The notes below the pieces were generated by a model. That model worked only from the letters and a program-made list of their open reading frames with translations, had not been told where the DNA came from and did no database searches. The position numbers were made by a program, and so were the translations under genes. Below are positions 1 through 12,856 of a stretch of DNA of 64,000 nt, piece by piece. This DNA comes from Eledone cirrhosa (lineage: Eukaryota), in contig OZ024742.1 in the NCBI GenBank assembly GCA_964016885.1, positions 295,182,001 to 295,246,000 on the forward strand. Direction: 5' to 3'. Within the stretch, counting starts at the first letter, position 1, and the number at the start of each line of letters is the position of its first letter.

Positions 1-134
1 ATATATATAATATAATATAATATATATAATAAAAATGCTGGGCAATTTGATTTCACTACTGACATGAAAGAAAGTGTAATGTAAAGCCACTAAACGTTTT
101 TTTCTCTCATTGTATGCTTTGTAGGAAATAGGCT

Positions 135-950
135 TTAACCCTTTCATTACCATATTTCTAATGAAAGACACTTCATTTTAATTAATTTATGAAACATTTT
201 GATTTATTAAAATTATTAATTATTTAATTGGGATAGTAATTTAAAATGTGGTTCTCATATAAAATAATGTTGGAAGGGCATCCAGCCATAGAAAACTTGC
301 CAAATATAGGGTCAGGAGGTCTCTTCAGCTTTGTCATAGCCATGACAACCTCCCTAATTTTGGTGATTTACATGATAAACATAATCTGTATACACTCTGG
401 AAAATGGTTGGTAATAGGAAAAGCATCTAACCATAGAAAATATGCCAAACAAAGGCTCAGGAAGACTCATCAGCTATGCCAGACACATGACTTCCCTAGT
501 GTTAGTGGCACAATAAACTGTACTTAGTAGAGTGTAAATTCATATGCCTGGGCCAGCTAGAGATCAGAGGTTCCACTTGAGTACTAACCAGTCTATGACA
601 ACAACCCTTGTTAGCAGGGAAAACTAACATTAAGTGATGATGATGACAACTTTAATATAAATAGGACCATTTAAAATAGGTGGCTTTGTTTCATAGAATC
701 AAAGCTGCTTTTGACCAGGTTGGTATCAAAAGGGTTAACCCCTTCATTAGCATATCTCTAATGAAATGTACTGCCAATAATTTAGTAAAATAACTCACTT
801 TTTCATTTATTTAGCTGGTGTCTGAAGTTATAACACCAGGTTCTTACATAAAAATATGATGAAAGGTTTTTAGATAAATATAAACACTTTAAAATATACA
901 GCTTTGTACCATAGAACCAGGATTGGTTTCAAACAGTTTGGTATCAAAAA
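135..950. mobile_element. Two tandem copies of a piggyBac-like MITE (family B) sharing one TTAA; first copy interrupted by a retroposon tail (~265-648)
   Basis: TTAA-CCCTTTCATTACC start at 135; GGTATCAAAAGGG-TTAA end at 735-738, and the same TTAA opens the next copy. Further copies near 12858-13116, 15113, 16310-16541, 20508-20632, 23590-24050, 26270-26724, 29726, 39316-39564. Confidence 0.7.
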
Positions 951-1287
951 AGAATTCAAATATCATTCTGCAAGCTGATAATAGAGCGGTACAACAGCAG
1001 CAAGTATTTAAAGGGCATTTTCCCAGCTAAAGCAAAGGTTAGCCTTGTAGGCCCATGAAAGGCCTTATACTCATCATAGGGCCCTTTTCAAGCAATGTTT
1101 TATGATTGGATGTCATTCCTAGTATTAACCCTTTTTGTTGTCTCTTATAACATGTAAGGATACAATGTTGATATCCTAAACTAGATACACACACGCATTA
1201 TCACACAGGATAAAATGCCTTGTGCTCTCAGTTAAAATCTTATTAAGTCCACTTTTGCCTTTCAGGGTAAAAAAATAAAGTAGCAAT

Positions 1288-1450
1288 TCATGGTAGTGGA
1301 TTGAAAGAACCGTTGGAGCATTGAATGAGATATTTGTGGTATTTTGTTCCAGCCCTTTATGTTCTGAGTTCAAATTCCACTGTGGCCTACTTGGGTGGTA
1401 GACTTAATCTGTTGCCGAGTTTAACACAACCACCTGACTTGTGGATACCT
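1288..1450 (+). mobile_element. tRNA-derived SINE, 5' part
   Basis: GTGGATTG..AGAA head and B-box-like GAGTTCAAATTCC; near-identical block at ~3290-3440. Confidence 0.6.
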
Positions 1451-1518
1451 TTAACAAAGTCCACTTTGTTGCAAACATTTGGATCATGGCTCCTGTTTAT
1501 GGATATCTTCCTCCCCCC

Positions 1519-1742
1519 ATAACCTTTTAGCATTTACATTACTCTATATTTACTATTATATTTTCACAGTAAACACTTTACCTCACATAATTATCTCTCA
1601 GAATATTGAATCTATGAGATTTTTTACATTATTTATTTTGAGAACAATACCTTAACATTAGTATGAGCGGCCGGTTACAGCAGGTTTGAACAGAAAGAGG
1701 TGAGATAATTCAGGCCAGATATAGCCGATTTAAATGCTCAAA
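1519..1742. mobile_element. piggyBac-like MITE, family A (~215 bp)
   Basis: Matches the six other copies with TTAA-CCCTTTAGCATTT...AAATGCTAAAGGG-TTAA termini; ends degenerate here. Confidence 0.7.
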
Positions 1743-1904
1743 AGTCCCAAAAGAAGTCATGGGCGCTTGCTGACAATACAGTAAAAGGAAATAAAGTATT
1801 TCTAACTAGGCTTTATTGATATCAGACGTTGTGCTGAGTCATACAAATAGTTATAAGATGACAAATAATATAAAAATTATGACTGAAATTGAGGTTAACG
1901 ATAA

Positions 1905-3008
1905 TTAAATCTTAACATCCTGTACAATATGACACTGCATTAGCAAGGTATTTCTTGAAAAGTATAAAAGAGTACTATGACTGCATCATATTGAAAATTA
2001 AAGTTTCAAAAAGATATTAAACCATGTACCATGGGGTTTGTTGTGCAAGTTTCTGCAGAAGTGTGGGATCAATGGAAAGCTTATTGTTGCTTTGAAGTTC
2101 CAGCATGAATGCCATACTATTTATGTTTGAATAAATGGTGCTAAGTCAAAACTATTTAATGTGGGTGTCAGACTCTGCTAGGAGTGTGTATTGTCATCTC
2201 TGTTAATCTTTATGAACAGTATGGAAGTGGTATCAAAACTGGTGAGTATACAATCAGTTGGCTGATATTTGCAGATGTTATGGTGCTACTTAACTCATCA
2301 GAAGGTGATTTCAGACAAAAACTAGATAAGTTTGCTGCCAAGTACATCAATGCACGAATGGAAATCAGTGCTATGAAGACTAAAACATTCCTCCTCTCAA
2401 GAAAGCCTGCACATTGCACTTTGCACATATTTAGAGGGTGATTTCATGAGTGATAGAAGTCAGGAGGCGAAATTAAAGAATTGTTAAAACTGGTGCAATA
2501 ATGGGCCAGCTTCAGCACTCAGTCATCAGAAGAAGGGAATTAGGTGTAAAAGCTAAATTCACACTTTAATTTCATATTTGTGCCTACTCTTACTTATGGT
2601 CATGAATGTTGGATAATAACCAAAAGCATATGACTGTGAATACAAGTGGACAAAATGGGGCTCCCCCGTAAGGTCTTGGAAGTAATGTTACTCAAAAGGG
2701 TGTGTAGCTCCAAGATCAAGGAGTGACCCCAGATAGAGCTGTTACCTCTCTGTATCAAGAGATCACAATTCCTGTACTATGGACAGGTAGTTAGAATGTA
2801 GAGAGAAAGAATCACAGGACAGATTTTAAGGGTAAGAGGCTGGAGACCCAGATGTAGACCACAAGCAATATGGTTGCTTCTGGACCCTGTGAAAGGTATG
2901 TCTGAAGAAGGAAAACGAGATCTATCCACTAAAATACTATAAACATTTTAATTGACAAACCAATTTTTAGACATTTGCAGTTAATTCATTATAGGATGTT
3001 AAGAGTTA
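1905..3008. mobile_element. TTAA-flanked MITE family C, split by an RTE insertion
   Basis: TCTTAACATCCTGTAC left end, GGATGTTAAGAG-TTAA right end; homologous to 16870-17085 and ~32843. Confidence 0.55.
2030..2915 (+). mobile_element. Decayed RTE-clade LINE, 3' part (family without PHD insert)
   Basis: FADV(FADD-type) RT motif and KTKT in ORF 2184-2441, PTLTYGHECW downstream; frameshifted; homologous to 17396-18735. Confidence 0.8.
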
Positions 3009-3469
3009 AAGAGTGAAGGTAATAATAAAATGTAGACTTAACTAACTAATGTTTACCTGAAAAAAACAAAACATCAAATATAGGTGTGGGTATGACTATG
3101 GTTAAAGGGTTTGCTTTGCAATCACATAGTTTGGACGAGTATTCTATAATCTCAGGTTGACCAATGCCTTGTGAATGAACTTTAGTAGATGGAAACTGCA
3201 GAAGCCTGTCATATGTGTGTCCACACCTGTGTTTATGACATGTAAAAGTGGTTCTACAAAAAGAGATTAATCAAATAAAGTGACAGTCTAGGGCAGTGGA
3301 TTAGCATAATTGTTAAAACGTCTGATGAGATATTTTTGCAGTACTTCTTCCAGCTCTGTGTTCTGAGTTCAAATCACATTGTGGCCTACTTGGATGATAG
3401 ACTTAATCTGTTGCCCAATTTAACACCATTATCTGGCTCTTGGATGACTTTAAACTTTACATTACCATA

Positions 3470-3722
3470 TTTCATGGTATGGACATGTGATGCACAAGAC
3501 CGCTGGGTAAAGAAGTGCCAAGAAATCCCAGTGGAAGGAAGATGCAGTAGAAGAAGACCACAAAAATCATGGGCGGAGGTGGTGAGAGCTGACCTCAGAT
3601 CGCTGAAGCTCACAGAGGAAATGACGAAGGACCATGACAAATGGAGAGATACTGTGCAGAAAAAGATCCGTCCCACCCTTGCAAGCAAGGAAAAGCGGAC
3701 AACGTAAAATGATGATGATGAT
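3470..3722 (+). mobile_element. RTE LINE 3' fragment with (GAT)n tail
   Basis: VEGRCSRRRPQKSWAEVVRADL C-terminal motif followed by GATGATGATG tail; similar fragments at ~9380-9640, 20920-21145, 25300-25482. Confidence 0.75.
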
Positions 3723-4042
3723 TTCTAATGTAAGACACTGCTTTTATAACTAACTTTCTTATTATCAAGAGACCAATAAAATAAGCACCAGACTCGAAAA
3801 ATGAAGTGCTGAAGTCAATATGAACTTTAAGGTGATGACCCAGCATGGCCAAGGTCTAATGATAGAAACCAGTAAAAGAATATAAATTGTGTTAATTACC
3901 TTTCTTTAAAAAGACTACCTTCTCAGATTTGAAACTGAAAATTGAAAACAAATTCTGTTTAAATACAAAGTAACAAATTTTCTTAAAAATTCAGAAAATG
4001 TTTTTCAAAATTAGTTGAATTTTATCACATCAAAATGAAATA

Positions 4043-4232
4043 TGCTGCATATGCTCATGTATAAGTCACACCAGTAGATACATCACACACCTTTTTTTAC
4101 ATACAACATTCTTAGATCAGTACTGGGCTCATATATAAGGTCCAATAGTTAAGCCACATGCTGGTTTTATGTAATATTTCTTTTTTTTTTTTGTGGAAAA
4201 AAATTAGGACTTATACATGAATATATGGATAC
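4043..4232. mobile_element. Degenerate pogo/Tigger-like MITE
   Basis: Imperfect terminal inverted repeat CATATGCTCATGTATAAGTC ... GACTTATACATGAATATATG; related end at ~39769 (TACCGTAAATATACCTGTGTATAAG). Confidence 0.4.
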
Positions 4233-5847
4233 TATTTACAAATAGGTGCAGACATGACTTTGTGGTTAGAAATTTCATTCTGCAACTATGTGATTTGTAG
4301 TTCAGTCCTAATGTGAGGCAATGTTGGGCATGTGTCTCCTTCAATAACCCTAGTTTGATCAATGTGTTATGAGTGGAATTTGTTGGACAGAAACTGTATA
4401 TATGTGTATGTCTGTGTCTCTGTGTATATATTTACCGTTTGTTTATATCCTGTAAGTTAGCAGTTTAACATATGTTGAAAAAATAATTGAAAAAACAATA
4501 CCCCAGCATGGCTGCAGTCTAATGACTGAAACCAGGAAAAAAATAAATAAATAAGAGAATATATGCCTTTTAAAATCAATTCAAATACATGCCAACACAC
4601 ACAAAATTTCTGTCAGTCTGTCCTTCTCTCATACAGAGTTGAATTTAAGTGAATGTAAGATTCCAATTTAATGCTAAACATAACCTTTTAAAGATCAAAA
4701 TGAAATCAATAATTTACATTCAAGGTTGAAACCAGTATTTATTGGAAATCAATGAACTTAAAAGCTGAAATAACATTCTCCTTAAGCCTTATTTCCTACA
4801 ATTTATAGTTGTTATTGTATAGCACTATGCCAGCCCTGATGGTGCAGTCCTGTGACATGCAGACAGTCAGTCTAATGATAAGACATCCCATAAATCTACC
4901 TTCCCATTTACACCTTGACTCTAGCTAGCTGATCCTGTCATTATTTTCCAAGTATAGTGTACCTTGAAGTACATTATTTAATGTCTTTTTTTAAGATAGT
5001 AGGATGTGATTTGTGGGAGATTTATTTGACTGCTATTTCTAGCTGGTCGAGTGACCATGAAGAAGTTCACCCTTGCTGGCACATCAAGATCTCTTTCTTC
5101 AGCTTGCCAGTATTCAACATATTTGTTGAAAAAATATAATATATTATTAATCTTAGAAGTGAAGGAGTGTGCCCATGACCTCTAGCGTTGGTATCTTCAA
5201 AGCAGAAACCTCATCCAAATGCTTGCAACAGAGTGGAGTGGAATGGGTTTCTGTTAGTTTCAACAGTTTGTGTTCCAATTCCTCAATCAACGGAGTAACC
5301 TGCTCAGCAAGTAGTTGTGTATTCTACAGACATATGCACCTTTATGTAATTCTCAGGGAGATTCAGTATGGCATAATGTTTGACAAGGCTGGACCTTTGT
5401 AAAAATAAGTGTGCAATACTGAAGATTACATTAGGTTAGAGATTTTTTCCTTTGTTTTTTGAAACTTAACAACTGAAAATGGAGGTGTATCCAATACATT
5501 GAAACATCTTTGACACCAAGAAATACAGCAATTTATGTCATTGATATCAATATTGACTGAGGAAGTTAATCCAATGAATTAGTATAGTAAAAGTATAAAG
5601 ATTAACTCCCTTTAATATATAGCAGTAAGTCGGGAGAAGAAAAGCTGTTTATTCCCTTCGTTATGTCCTTCATATCATTAAATTATTATTCACTTACCAT
5701 AAACTGTGGTGTACAAATCAACTTTTTAATCCTGTGATTTTCAAATAATATTGAAAATAATGAAGAAACTGAGGGACTTAGTAATATAACTAATTTAGTA
5801 ATATAACTTTCTTAATATTAAGCTGGAGTTTGGAACATAACTTGAAA

Positions 5848-6120
5848 ATAATAATGAAAATTATTTTGTACAGTGCCCAGGTGCACTACAACTCATCAAA
5901 GATGTGTGTATAGCACATAGAATAATGTACAAATGTCAGGAAAGTGAACAGTGCACGAGTCATCATATACACACATACATGCATGCGTGTGTATGGAGAG
6001 GGAATATTAGGTGTAGTGATGGCGAATTTAGGGAAGCATGGAAGTTTTGAAGGATGCAGTGTCCCGACAGCTAGCAACCGATGTGGGTAGTTTGTTCCAT
6101 GCTTCAGCAACTCTGAGCGT
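5848..6120 (-). mobile_element. CR1-like LINE 3' fragment inserted in MITE B
   Basis: Clear homology to 3' ends at 10160-10385 and 15235-15510; (ATT)n-type tail. Confidence 0.8.
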
Positions 6121-6855
6121 TCTTATATAAAATTATGATGGAAGGTTTTTAGATAAATATAAACAGTTTTATATTGTAGAATTGAGGGTAGTTTCAGATG
6201 GTTTAATATCAAAAGATTTAAATCATCATTTACAAGTCAGTGTTTTAAGTATGAAAAAAATCTCTTTCAAAACTAGTCAATTTATAGGTCAAGGATTAAA
6301 TATGAATTGTTACTGCTGTGAAAGCTTACATCTGTGTTTTACTATACAATATGGGTTATTTTATTCACATCAAAGACTTGATAAAATTGCACCAAGTACA
6401 CTCTGTCAAGTGGCTAATGTTAGGAAGTGCATCCAGCCACAGAAGTCATACCAAAATTGAAAGTAAGCATCAGATATGATCCTCCAACATGTCTAAGAAG
6501 TCAACAACTCTTAATAAGAACTGACTTAGACAATAACAACCTGCCCAACTCACATCATCATGGAAAGTAAACATATGATGGTGGTGGTGGTGATGATGAT
6601 GATTTCTATATGAGTGAAGGATATTACCAAGAGACTAATCTTTTTGTAGCCTGCAAAACTTAAGTTTTTTCTCAAATGTTCCCTGTGAAAGAATTCTACA
6701 TTTATAATACAGATATCCTTTTGAATAGAGAAAACAAAAATTATTATCATACTAAGGGTTGCCAGATCAATTTCATAAAAAAGTAGCACAAAATTTTCAA
6801 ACAGTAACAGCTTGTGTGAGAAAATATCACAAAATAAAAATTGTGTTAAGAAATT

Positions 6856-6904
<49 letters not shown>

Positions 6905-7232
6905 GGGGGGGGGGGGGGGTGTATGTATGCGAAAAGTAAACAGAAACAACAAAGCAGGCAGCACAGTATAATGAATAAATATATTAGTTTAACACTTGAT
7001 ATAGTAGAAAAAGAGTCTGTCTTTGTCATCATTTATTGCTTATTTTTCCCCTGCTAGTAAATATATATATATATATCTATATATAGGAAAAGAGTCAGGA
7101 CCCCGGCAGCTGAACTTTGGCCATTTCGACAGCTAGATCCGAACTAACCCAATTACCCACTCTACTACCCTAAGTATCGAGTACTCTAGTGCGTTATAGT
7201 CCACCTGGTTCCTTACCACACTTTCTTTGTTT

Positions 7233-7233
<1 letters not shown>

Positions 7234-7302
<69 letters not shown>
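7234..7302. repeat. (TA)n microsatellite, left flank of RTE copy
   Basis: Direct inspection. Confidence 0.95.
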
Positions 7303-7303
<1 letters not shown>

Positions 7304-7308
<5 letters not shown>

Positions 7309-9174
7309 CATCATTAACTGCTACAAGGCTAAAGGAGACGCCCTAGATAGGGGAAACTATAGAAGCATTAAATTAATTGACCAGATCATGAAGGTCACAG
7401 AAAAAGTAATAGCGCAACTAATCAGAGAGAGAATTGACCTAGATGAAATGCAGTTCGGGTTTGTGTCAGGTAAAAGTACCACAGACGCTCTTTTCATTGT
7501 ACGACAACTACAGGAGAAGTACCTATCTAAAAGTAAACCCCTCTACTTAGCTTTTGTAGACCTGGAGAAAGCCTTTGACAGAGTCCCCCGCTCCATTATC
7601 TGGTGAGCTCTTAGAAAACTAGGTGTAGATGAATGGCTTGTGAGAGCTATACAAGCCATGTATAAAGAAACAGTCAGCAAGGTTAGAATTAACAACGAAT
7701 ATAGTGAAGAGTTTAGCGTAAAAGTTGGTGTTCATCAGGGCTCCGTCCTTAGCCCCCTCCTATTTATTATCGCCCTCCAAGCTATAACAGAGGAGTTCAA
7801 GACCGGCTGCCCATGGGAACTTCTATACGCAGATGATCTAACGTTCATAGCCAAATCAATGGCTGAACTAGAGAAGAAATTCCAAACATGGAAGCATGGC
7901 TTAGAATCAAAAGGCCTTAAAGTTAACTTGTCTAAGACTAAAGTCCTAATATGTAGGAAGGAGAATAGGGCACTGGTCCCATCTGGAAAATGGCCATGCT
8001 CAGTGTGTAGGAAAGAAGTAGGCAGAAACTCCATTTTATGTCCAAAATGCAAAGTATGGGTGCATAAAAGATGTAGTGGGATCACAGGTAAGCTAACTAA
8101 GAATATAGATTTTATATGTGGCCGGTGCTCTGGTGCAATAAGTAGCAGCAAATGCCCACAGAATACTAGCTCATTCCATTGCCCGGATGGTTCTACAGAA
8201 ATAGTGGACACCTTCCGTTACCTGGGTGACAAAATCAGCAGTGGTGGAGGGTGCTCTGAAAGTACTGTAGCTAGAGTCCGAACGGGATGGAAAAAGTTCA
8301 GAGAGCTTATACCACTATTGGCCGTTAAAGGTTTCTCTCTAAAAATAAAAGGCAGGCTGTATGATGCCTGCATACGAACAGCGATGTTACATGGCAGTGA
8401 GACATAGGCCTTGTGTGCAGAGGATCTACGCAGATTGGAGAGAAACGAAGCTTGGATGCTCCGTTGGATGTGTAATAGTAATATACGCGAACGGCAAAGC
8501 ATAAATGAACTAAGTGAGAAATTAGGAATAAGAGGGATCAGATGCTGTTTACTCGAGAGAAGACTACGTTGGTATGGTCATGTGATGCGCATGAAAGATG
8601 ACAGCTGTATAAAATAGTGCAGGGCGATCAAAATAGACGGTAGCTACGGAGTAGGCAGACCGAGAAAAACCTGGGATGACTTCATAAAATCCGACCTCAT
8701 ACACTTACACCTCTCCAAGACAATGTCACTGGACCGAGATCTTTGGCGCTACGTAGTAATACAGAAGACCCGCTTTGCCCAAGTACAAAGCGAAACCTAC
8801 AGTCAGTAGGCACCTCTTAACCAAAATACATCCCCGTCCCAACCCTACCCCCACCGCCATCTACACCATCCCTTTCGGTGTAAAGCTATGTTGGTACCAC
8901 AACATCCAGTCCTAAATAAATGAGGTCGTGTTGGTGTCACGACAAAAAAACACACAGTCCATGCTGCAATGTGGCTGTGTAGGTAACACGGTAAAAACCT
9001 CCCAGTCCACACTGTAAACGTGGTTGGTGTTAGAAAGGGCATCCAGCCGTAGAAAACCCGCCAGATAGTCCTAAGCAAGACAACCAATCTTGCCTCAAGT
9101 GGGACAATTCCCATCCAGACCCATGCTAGCGTGGAAAATGGACGCTAAACAATGATGATAATGATGATGATGAT
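7304..9174 (+). mobile_element. 5'-truncated RTE-clade LINE: reverse transcriptase with PHD-like finger, 3'UTR and (GAT)n tail
   Basis: One reading frame broken only by stops (7604, 8405, 8615): QFGF, FVDLEKAFDRV, GVHQGSVLSPLLF, LLYADDL, FRYLG, RRLRWYGHV; (GAT)n tail into (TA)n. Confidence 0.95.
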
Positions 9175-9639
9175 ATATATATATATATATATACATCATC
9201 ATCATTATTGTTTAACATCTATTTTCCACGCTAGCATGGGTTAAACGGGTTTGTCCCATTAGAGGCAAATTGGGTCGGGTGACCGTGTCTTGCTCATTTA
9301 GGACTGTTTCTGGCTAGATTTCTAGAGCTGGATGCCCTATATATATATATTAATTGTCAGTAGGTCTGTTCTAATTTATTTAGTTGAGAAAAACTGGATA
9401 TAAAAGGAATCAGATACAGTGTGCAAGGGAGGTTGTGTTGGTGTGAACACAAGATTGGTTTGGATAATGGTTGTTAAGTGAAGAAGTGCTTGGAGTTCCA
9501 AGTGAAAGGAAATTGTGAAGGGGGGGGGGGCAAAGAAAACCAGTGCAGAAGTGGTGAGAGTTGATCTCAGAATGCTGAACCTCAGCAGAAGAGATGATGA
9601 AGGAATTCAACTGGTAGATGAAAACTGTGCTGCTGGAGG

Positions 9640-9815
9640 ATAGAGGGGGTTAGGGGAGGAGGAGGGGAGAAGAGGGGGAAGGGGAGGGGGATGAGAGGAG
9701 GAGGGAGAAGGAGAAGAGGGGAGGAAGAAGAGGAAGAGGAATGGGGAAAAGTGGAGGAGGAAGAAGAGGGCGAGGAGAAAAAGAAAGAGGAGGAGAAGGA
9801 GGAGAAAGAGGAAGA
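9640..9815. repeat. Purine-rich (GGA/GAA) low-complexity tract
   Basis: Almost pure A/G on +; explains ORFs 9582-9854 and 9607-9834. Confidence 0.85.
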
Positions 9816-10159
9816 ATAATGCTGGTGATGACAATGATATAGTGCAGTATTCAATAGGATTCTTACCTTTTTTTAAATTAAAAATTTAAAGTAGTAAGTA
9901 GCCCAAACAAAAGAAATAGAAAAGTGTAGTACTGAAAAGTAGATAAACTGCTACATTTACTCTAATTTAGCTACCTTGATCAAAAGAAGAATTTTTTTTT
10001 ATCTTTGGCCATATTACAATATCTTGTTATTCAATGAGTCGTTATCTAATATATTAGGATTTGATTTGAAAGAGATTGGCTCCTATTTGTTGTAGGTTGA
10101 GGGACTATGTAAGGGCTCACTTGTCGACTCAAAATGACTCAAAATTTACATGTGTCCAA

Positions 10160-11425
10160 ATATAATAATATAATAATGAAATTATTGTGTAAAGTGCTCA
10201 GGTGCACTACAACTCGTCAGTATAGTACATAGAATAATACACAAATGTCAGGGAAGTACATGTGTGTATGTGTTAGCTGTAGTGTTGGCGGATCTCGGGA
10301 AGCATGGAGGCCTTAAAGGATGCAGTGTCTCGACAGCTAACAACTGATGCAGGTAGTTTGTTCCATGCTTCAGCAACTCTGAGCATGAAAAAATGTTTCC
10401 GAAAGTCATGGGAACTGTGCTGTTTTCTTACTTTGTGGGCATGTCCACGTGTGTTAGACACATGGAAATCAAAAAGGTACTCAGGGTTGTTGTTGGCAAC
10501 ATGGTTAACAATGTTGTGGGTGTTTACCAAGTCAGTTGCCAGGCGTCGGAGCTTCAATGAATCCATGCCCAGGGAAGCAAGGCGCTCAGAGTATGGTAGA
10601 TGCCTGATGGAGGGTATTCGCTTGGTTGCACGTCTCTGAACAGTTTCCAGGCGGTCAATGTCCTGAGCAAGATGGGGGTTCCAGACTGGTGATGCAAATT
10701 CTAAGTGTGGTCGCACCATAGCTGTATACAGCCTTAAATAGATATCTGGAGAGCGGCTGACAAAGGTCTTGCTGAGTGATGCTAAGACACCCTCGGCCCT
10801 CTTGACAATTTTAGAGACGTGCCTCGTCCAACGCAAATCGCTGCTGACCGTAATGCCCAGGTCACGTTCACAGGAAGACTTCTTGATATTAGTGCTGTGG
10901 AGGGAGTATGTGGATGCTGGGTTTTTACTCCCAAAATGCATGGTGGTGCACTTGTCCACAGCTAGCTTGAGTTGCCAGCCTGAGATCCATTGTTGCATTG
11001 TGTCCAGGTCAGACTGCAAGCAAGATCTATAGTGTTCAGGATCTGTCCTTTTTATCTCAAGGTACAGCTTGATGTCATCTGCGTACTTTAGTACTGTGGC
11101 ATTCCTTAAGTTGGCATCTATGTCATTAATATATGCCACAAACAAAAGGGGGCCAAGAACAGATCCCTGTGGTACACCAGATGACATCTCATATGGTGAG
11201 GAATGCTGTCCCAGAACCGTGACTACCTCTCTTCGACTGAGAATGAAGGACTTCAACCAGTTAAAAAGATCATCCTTCACACCCATTGCAGAGAGTTTTG
11301 CCATAAGCCTTTTGTGTGGCACAGAATTGAAGGCCTTCGCAAAGTCAAGGTAAACAACATCCACCCATGAGCCGCCATCAGTGATCCGGGTGATGTCCTC
11401 AAGAAACTCTATAAGTTGGTTGTGA
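10160..11425 (-). mobile_element. 5'-truncated CR1-clade LINE with an uninterrupted RT/C-terminal frame
   Basis: ORF 10273-11457: VYLDFAKAF, SGVPQGSVLGPLLF, YADDIK, ERDLG, RPHLEF, VQRRATK; (ATT)n-type tail; first ~10 aa derive from flank. Confidence 0.95.
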
Positions 11426-11859
11426 ATGTAGAAAACAAACAAATGTATAGATGCCATAACATGGGAGCTAGATATAAAATCATTCTTTTTGTTGGACGGG
11501 ATAGAGTGTTAAGGTTTCTAAATATTTTTACTGTGACGAAAGAGCATTTTTTTTTCTGAACAGATGCAGTTATATGAAAGAAAAGATTATTTTAGAAATA
11601 GGACATTTTTACAAATCTAGTCATCAAATGTCATTTTAAAAAAGCTAATTATCAAATGATCACACCCCACAAACGCTCAGAAAACAGACCTCAAACAACT
11701 CACACCCTACCAGAAACTCCCCAATTCCTATCAGATATGAAACTTTAGGGCTGCCACCTCACCATCAACATTGGCCTGAACAGTGACTTTCAGAGAACAA
11801 GGTCATATTCCACCCCTATTTTCAATTGCCATCTAGTAAACAAAAGGACCATTTTTATG

Positions 11860-12856
11860 AGGTTTTATTACAAAGTACCTTGGTAACAAATGTCAACATT
11901 CTCATTATAATAGCAGTATGATAGGAGTTTACTGTGTAGGTAAATGTTCATGAGGGTTTGGATCTCAGTCCCTATTTATTTATTATAGCTCTTCAAGCTA
12001 TAACAGAGAATCTAAAGACTGGCTGTTCATAGGAACTCATGTATGGTGAATGTATCAAATTATTAGAGAATAAATTTCAAATGTGGGAGCAAGGCCTAGA
12101 ATCAAGGGGTCTTAAAGTAAACCTATCAAAGATAAGAGTTTTAGTAAGCAAGAAATAAGACAAGATTATTCTGCTGCTACCAAGAGGTGCTCATATTCAA
12201 TATGCAATAGATGAGAAGATATGAACTGTTCAAAGTATGAGAGCACAAAAGATGCAGTAGGCTTTCAGGTATGTTGACTGAGAAAAAAGACTTAGTATAC
12301 TGTGGATGCACAGGAATAATCAGGAGTGAGAATATATGTGAAATAAATTCTATAAAATGCTTGAAGGGCTTCTTGGAAGTAGTTAATAGCTTCTGCTATG
12401 TGACAATTAACAGTGGAGGTGTGTGCCTCAAAAGCAGAGTTACTACTAATAGAATAGGGTGGAAAAGGTTCTACAAGTAAAGGCAGGTTATATGATGCTT
12501 GTGTACAAAGTGAGATGTTGCATGTTAGTGAAACATAGATATTGAATGTAGAGGAAGTATAAAAGCTGAAGAGACATGAAGTGAGCATGGTCCACTGGAT
12601 ATGTAATGTTAATGTCCATGAAGGACAGAGTACAAATGAATTGAGAAAATGACTGAGTATAAGAGGAATGAGATGTAGTTTACAAGTGAAAAGACTTGAG
12701 CGAGTATGGGGGTGCATTGTGTATGGAGGACAACAGTTGTGTAAAGAGATCCAAGTAGAAGAATTATGCTGAAGAGGAAGACTGAGAATGGCATGGGAAA
12801 GGGTGATGAAAGCTGAACTCAAAAGTCTGAACCTTATAAATATGACACTGGACCAC
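11860..12856 (+). mobile_element. Heavily decayed RTE LINE (PHD family)
   Basis: Colinear nucleotide similarity to 7650-8740 (e.g. CAAGCTATAACAGAG, CTAGAATCAAGGGGTCTTAAAGT, GGCAGGTTATATGATGC). Confidence 0.75.

Noticed and set aside
7735-8502. Minus-strand ORFs over the RTE (and plus-strand ORFs over the CR1 copies)
   Set aside because: Antisense shadows of retroelement coding frames.
7604-8617. RTE stop codons (two Trp-to-stop) being rescuable by A-to-I editing
   Set aside because: The copy is 5'-truncated and the third stop is not obviously Trp-derived; ordinary decay suffices.
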